DNA of 64,000 nucleotides from Fimicolochytrium jonesii (taxonomy: Eukaryota), in NCBI RefSeq assembly GCF_025526975.1, contig NW_026515696.1:124001-188000 (forward strand), in the 5' to 3' direction. Positions 60,776 through 64,000 of this stretch are shown one piece after another (position 1 is the first letter of the stretch; the number at the start of each line of letters is the position of its first letter). The notes below the pieces were generated by a model that was not told the DNA's origin, searched no databases, and worked only from the letters and a program-made list of their open reading frames with translations. A program made the position numbers and the translations under genes.

Positions 60776-63700
60776 AGTTTGTCAACCCAATCGTCTCCCA
60801 TTACATTAAGGTATGGTTTAAGCATCTTCTTCAAGATAGCAAGACACCGTTTGACCTTTCCGTCCGTCTGTTGGTGTCTAGCCATGCTTGAGCTCTGTTT
60901 GGAGCCCAACAACGATTGAAACACCTTCCAGAAATCAGACAGGTAGCGTGGATCTCGATCTCCGATGATCACAGCTACAGTACCTGTATGGCGCCATGCT
61001 TCACGGAAGTAAAGCTGGGCAAACTCCTCAGCAGTTATTGTGGATATTGCAGGTGTAACGCACGCATGCAACAACAAATAGTCGACGAAGACAATAATAC
61101 TGTCGTAGAACGCATCACTATGCACCTTCCCCCCCCCGCCCCCATGACCGTGTTACTGGCATCAAGACAGGATCCGTACCCATTGTGTGCCAACGTTGGT
61201 CAGGAATTGGTGGCAAACAAAGTAAGCCAACATGCCTATTTGTAGGCGACTTGAACCTTTGGCAAGACCCACACGTCTTGGTGTACCTTCTCACATCTGA
61301 GTCCATGTCAGGCCAGTGAAACTCACATAGGAGCTTCCCCAATTTACCTTGTATCCCCGTATGCAATCCAGAAAGCAACGAGTCATGGTACGCTTGCAAT
61401 ACAGTTCCCCATAAAGCAGCTGGCATGTAGAACTTATTGTGATATAGTAAACAACCATGCTCATTGATCGAAAAACACCGATCAAATGTAGACTGCGCAT
61501 ATTTCTGAGAAGTGAAGTACTCTTTAGCCTCCAAGGTTTGTTCCAATCCTCAAGTGTAACATTCCCCAAGGGAATATACTCGATGGACATCCCCATGGCC
61601 GCAGCAATCTCAACTTGCTTGTTACAGTGAGCACAGTGTAGTGCAGGAATTCAACCCACCATGCTTGGCAATGGCTAAGGAAGGGCTGTGTCTGCAGCCA
61701 GACCAAAGTAGCGTGATCGGTGAACGCTCAAAGGGGGGGATCATTTGTCCGATCCTGCAAGTAATGTCTATTCGCCTTGCATATCTTAACCAGAGCTAAT
61801 AGCTCTTGTTCGTGCATGGGGTAACGTGTTTCAGCGGCCTGCATCTTCCGCCTGAAGAAAGCTGTCGGCTTTAACGGTGGCAGATTCTTAAATCCCTTTA
61901 CTGAGGTAGGCAACGGTGATGGGTAATGCTTTGATGGATCCGCCGGCTGGGCAAGCTATCCTCCTTTCGCAAAACCCGACGCATCTGTAAACACATATAA
62001 ATTGTTGGAGGTATCATCCTCCCGAGTCCCGGGTTAGGGTTTCCCATAGTTTATTTCCTCACGTGACTTCCCTCCCGTTTACGCCACACTTCCACATATG
62101 GGACTTCACCCTTTTCTTACTTCGCGGACCTCGCATCCTCCTTTCCTCATACAAGACAACACTGTATAACTTCATACAATACAGGACGTCGTCTCCCCTA
62201 CATAGGGTTCTGCTCTTAGTCTGCATTCCTTTGCCAGCTACTGCAAACTTAAATCTTGCTCAGGGTCGTAAGACGCAAGCGTAGGAGCTGTAATAATAGC
62301 TTCCTTCAGTAGCTCTGTCAATGGGTACGCGATGTATGCATAAAGATCGATGGATTAACTCAGGTAATTTGTCAACCCTAAGAAAGATTGGACCTCTTTC
62401 TGTTTGGTAGGACATGCAAAGTTTTGCACGGCATCCAATTTGAGGGTGCAATGGGCTCGTATCCTCTCCCAGGATATGGCCGCAGAATTCAAACTCTCTT
62501 TGCATCCAATTGCACTTGGACGGCTTGACATAGAGTTTGTGCTCGGCAAGAACAGCCAAAACGCTGTCCACATGAGCGATATGTTGCTTGGCCGTTTCCG
62601 AGAAGATTAAGATATGACATACGCATCATACATCTTGCCCAATATCTTATTGGTTAACCGTTGGAACATTCCTCGCGCATTCGTCAATCCAAATGGCAGA
62701 AACAAGTACTTGAAATGACCAAACAGCATCCGAAACGCTGTTTTGTCTCTATCAGCTTTGCGAACCAAGAAGCAGTGATACGCATCTTTGATGTCCAGCA
62801 AAGACTTGAACTTCTTTCCACGTACCCGATCCCGCATCTCTTAACAGTGTGTGATCCTTTATTGTTGCTTTGTTCAGCCCACGATAGTCGATGCACTTAC
62901 GGAGACTGCCATCCTTTTTCTTAGCAAATAACACTGCGGCGCCCCACAGGCTCTGCGGGTGCTGAATACAACCGCACTGAGCATGAGGGGAACCTTCTTA
63001 TGAAGCTCTTTGAGTTCTGCTTTGCTCATATGCCGTAAAGGGTTAAGGACAGGATTCGTACCAGGCTCCAGCTCGATAAGGAAGTTATCCTCCCATCTAT
63101 TGGGTGGCAACTCTGCGTGCTCGACAAACAAACTATCCATGTACTTCTCTAACATTGGATATGGAAGATGATCCGATGCCATGCCCAAATCAACCTTCTG
63201 TCCTGTAACTTCGCTCATTTGAACCTCTGGCTCTGGTTTGGCACAATCGTGCTCATCTGCAGAGACATGAGTTGGTGACGTATTCACTGCAGCTTCTATG
63301 TCCATAGCATACGCTATGGAACACCTCCCATACACCGTGTTTTGAGATAAGCAAGTGAACTTATAAGTCACAACTCCTTCACTCCAGTCTTCTTGTTCAG
63401 GCATTGTGGCGTTGGAATGTTTAGGCTTCTTTCTGATGCCAGAGGACCGCAGATCAGCTGCATTACAGGACGATTCCGATTCCTACTTTCTGGTGACCGT
63501 CTGGGAACCAGGGTGTGTCCAAGTTCATCTGCGTGGAAGCGTAGAACGGGAATCTCATCCTCTATGTGCTCGAAACGAACATCGTCAAGTATAGAGATCC
63601 CTGGTAATACGAGGAGCAACCACAAATGGAAGGTTCTCTTGTGAATAGTGTTGTTGGTCACCCCATAACTGAAGATTGCCAGAAAATAGCTCGTTGGCAT

Positions 63701-64000
63701 TGAAAGTATGACTGTGGTCACCCCAGGCATCATCAATGGGCATTTCAGGGTTGTAGGTTTGAAAACCATGTTTCGATACCCATCCCTGACTTACCATAAG
63801 TGTTGTGCATCCTGTATTGATCAGACTGTGACAAAACTTGCCATTCAACTTGCCATGAACCACCAAAGCACAACAACGGTTGCAGTGCTTCAGGCCTCCG
63901 AAAAATGGTTTCAGTCTCATCTGGACCGCACAGAAGCGCCCCTGCACCAGACGTATTGGTCCAATCAACAAGTATACCATCAGCGGACTCACAGCATATA
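60776..64000 (-). mobile_element. Older degenerate Ty3/Gypsy pol (PR, RT, RNase H, IN), running off the window end
   Basis: SLINTGCT (decayed protease); [71 protein letters not shown]; many stops and frameshifts. Confidence 0.92.
62003..62249 (+). mobile_element. Solo LTR (family B) inserted in the RNase H region with a 5-bp TSD
   Basis: TAAAT at 61998-62002 and 62250-62254; removing the insert restores the host frame YDPEQDLYVFTDA. Confidence 0.9.

Overview
Eukaryotic, intron-containing DNA with short (about 50-80 nt) GT-AG introns. Gene content and style suggest an early-diverging, probably chytrid-like fungus; this is an inference, not a tested assignment. Recognisable genes: a phospholipase B/SGNH lipase, a ZIP zinc transporter, an intronless Cache-like+HAMP membrane protein with no output domain, a BTB/Skp1-like+LRR protein, 3-hydroxyisobutyrate dehydrogenase, a C2H2 transcription factor, a RhoGAP, an aldo-keto reductase, a WW-domain protein, a DUF4360-like secreted protein, a DUF676-like hydrolase and a strongly divergent histone H3-like gene. 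Much of the rest is decayed mobile DNA: a DIRS remnant, a 37-46 kb cluster of chromoviral Ty3/Gypsy copies, a MULE remnant, and a second degenerate Ty3/Gypsy element carrying a solo LTR with a 5-bp target-site duplication. Most notable: (i) the H3-like gene, which lacks the canonical modification sites; (ii) a 2.1-kb Ty3 derivative bounded by inverted LTRs, which also forms a large inverted repeat; (iii) a CpG-rich frameshifted gene for a type II membrane coiled-coil glycoprotein; (iv) the output-less Cache-HAMP receptor; (v) three homologous introns made by tandem exon duplication. All calls come from reading motifs by eye; no searches were run.
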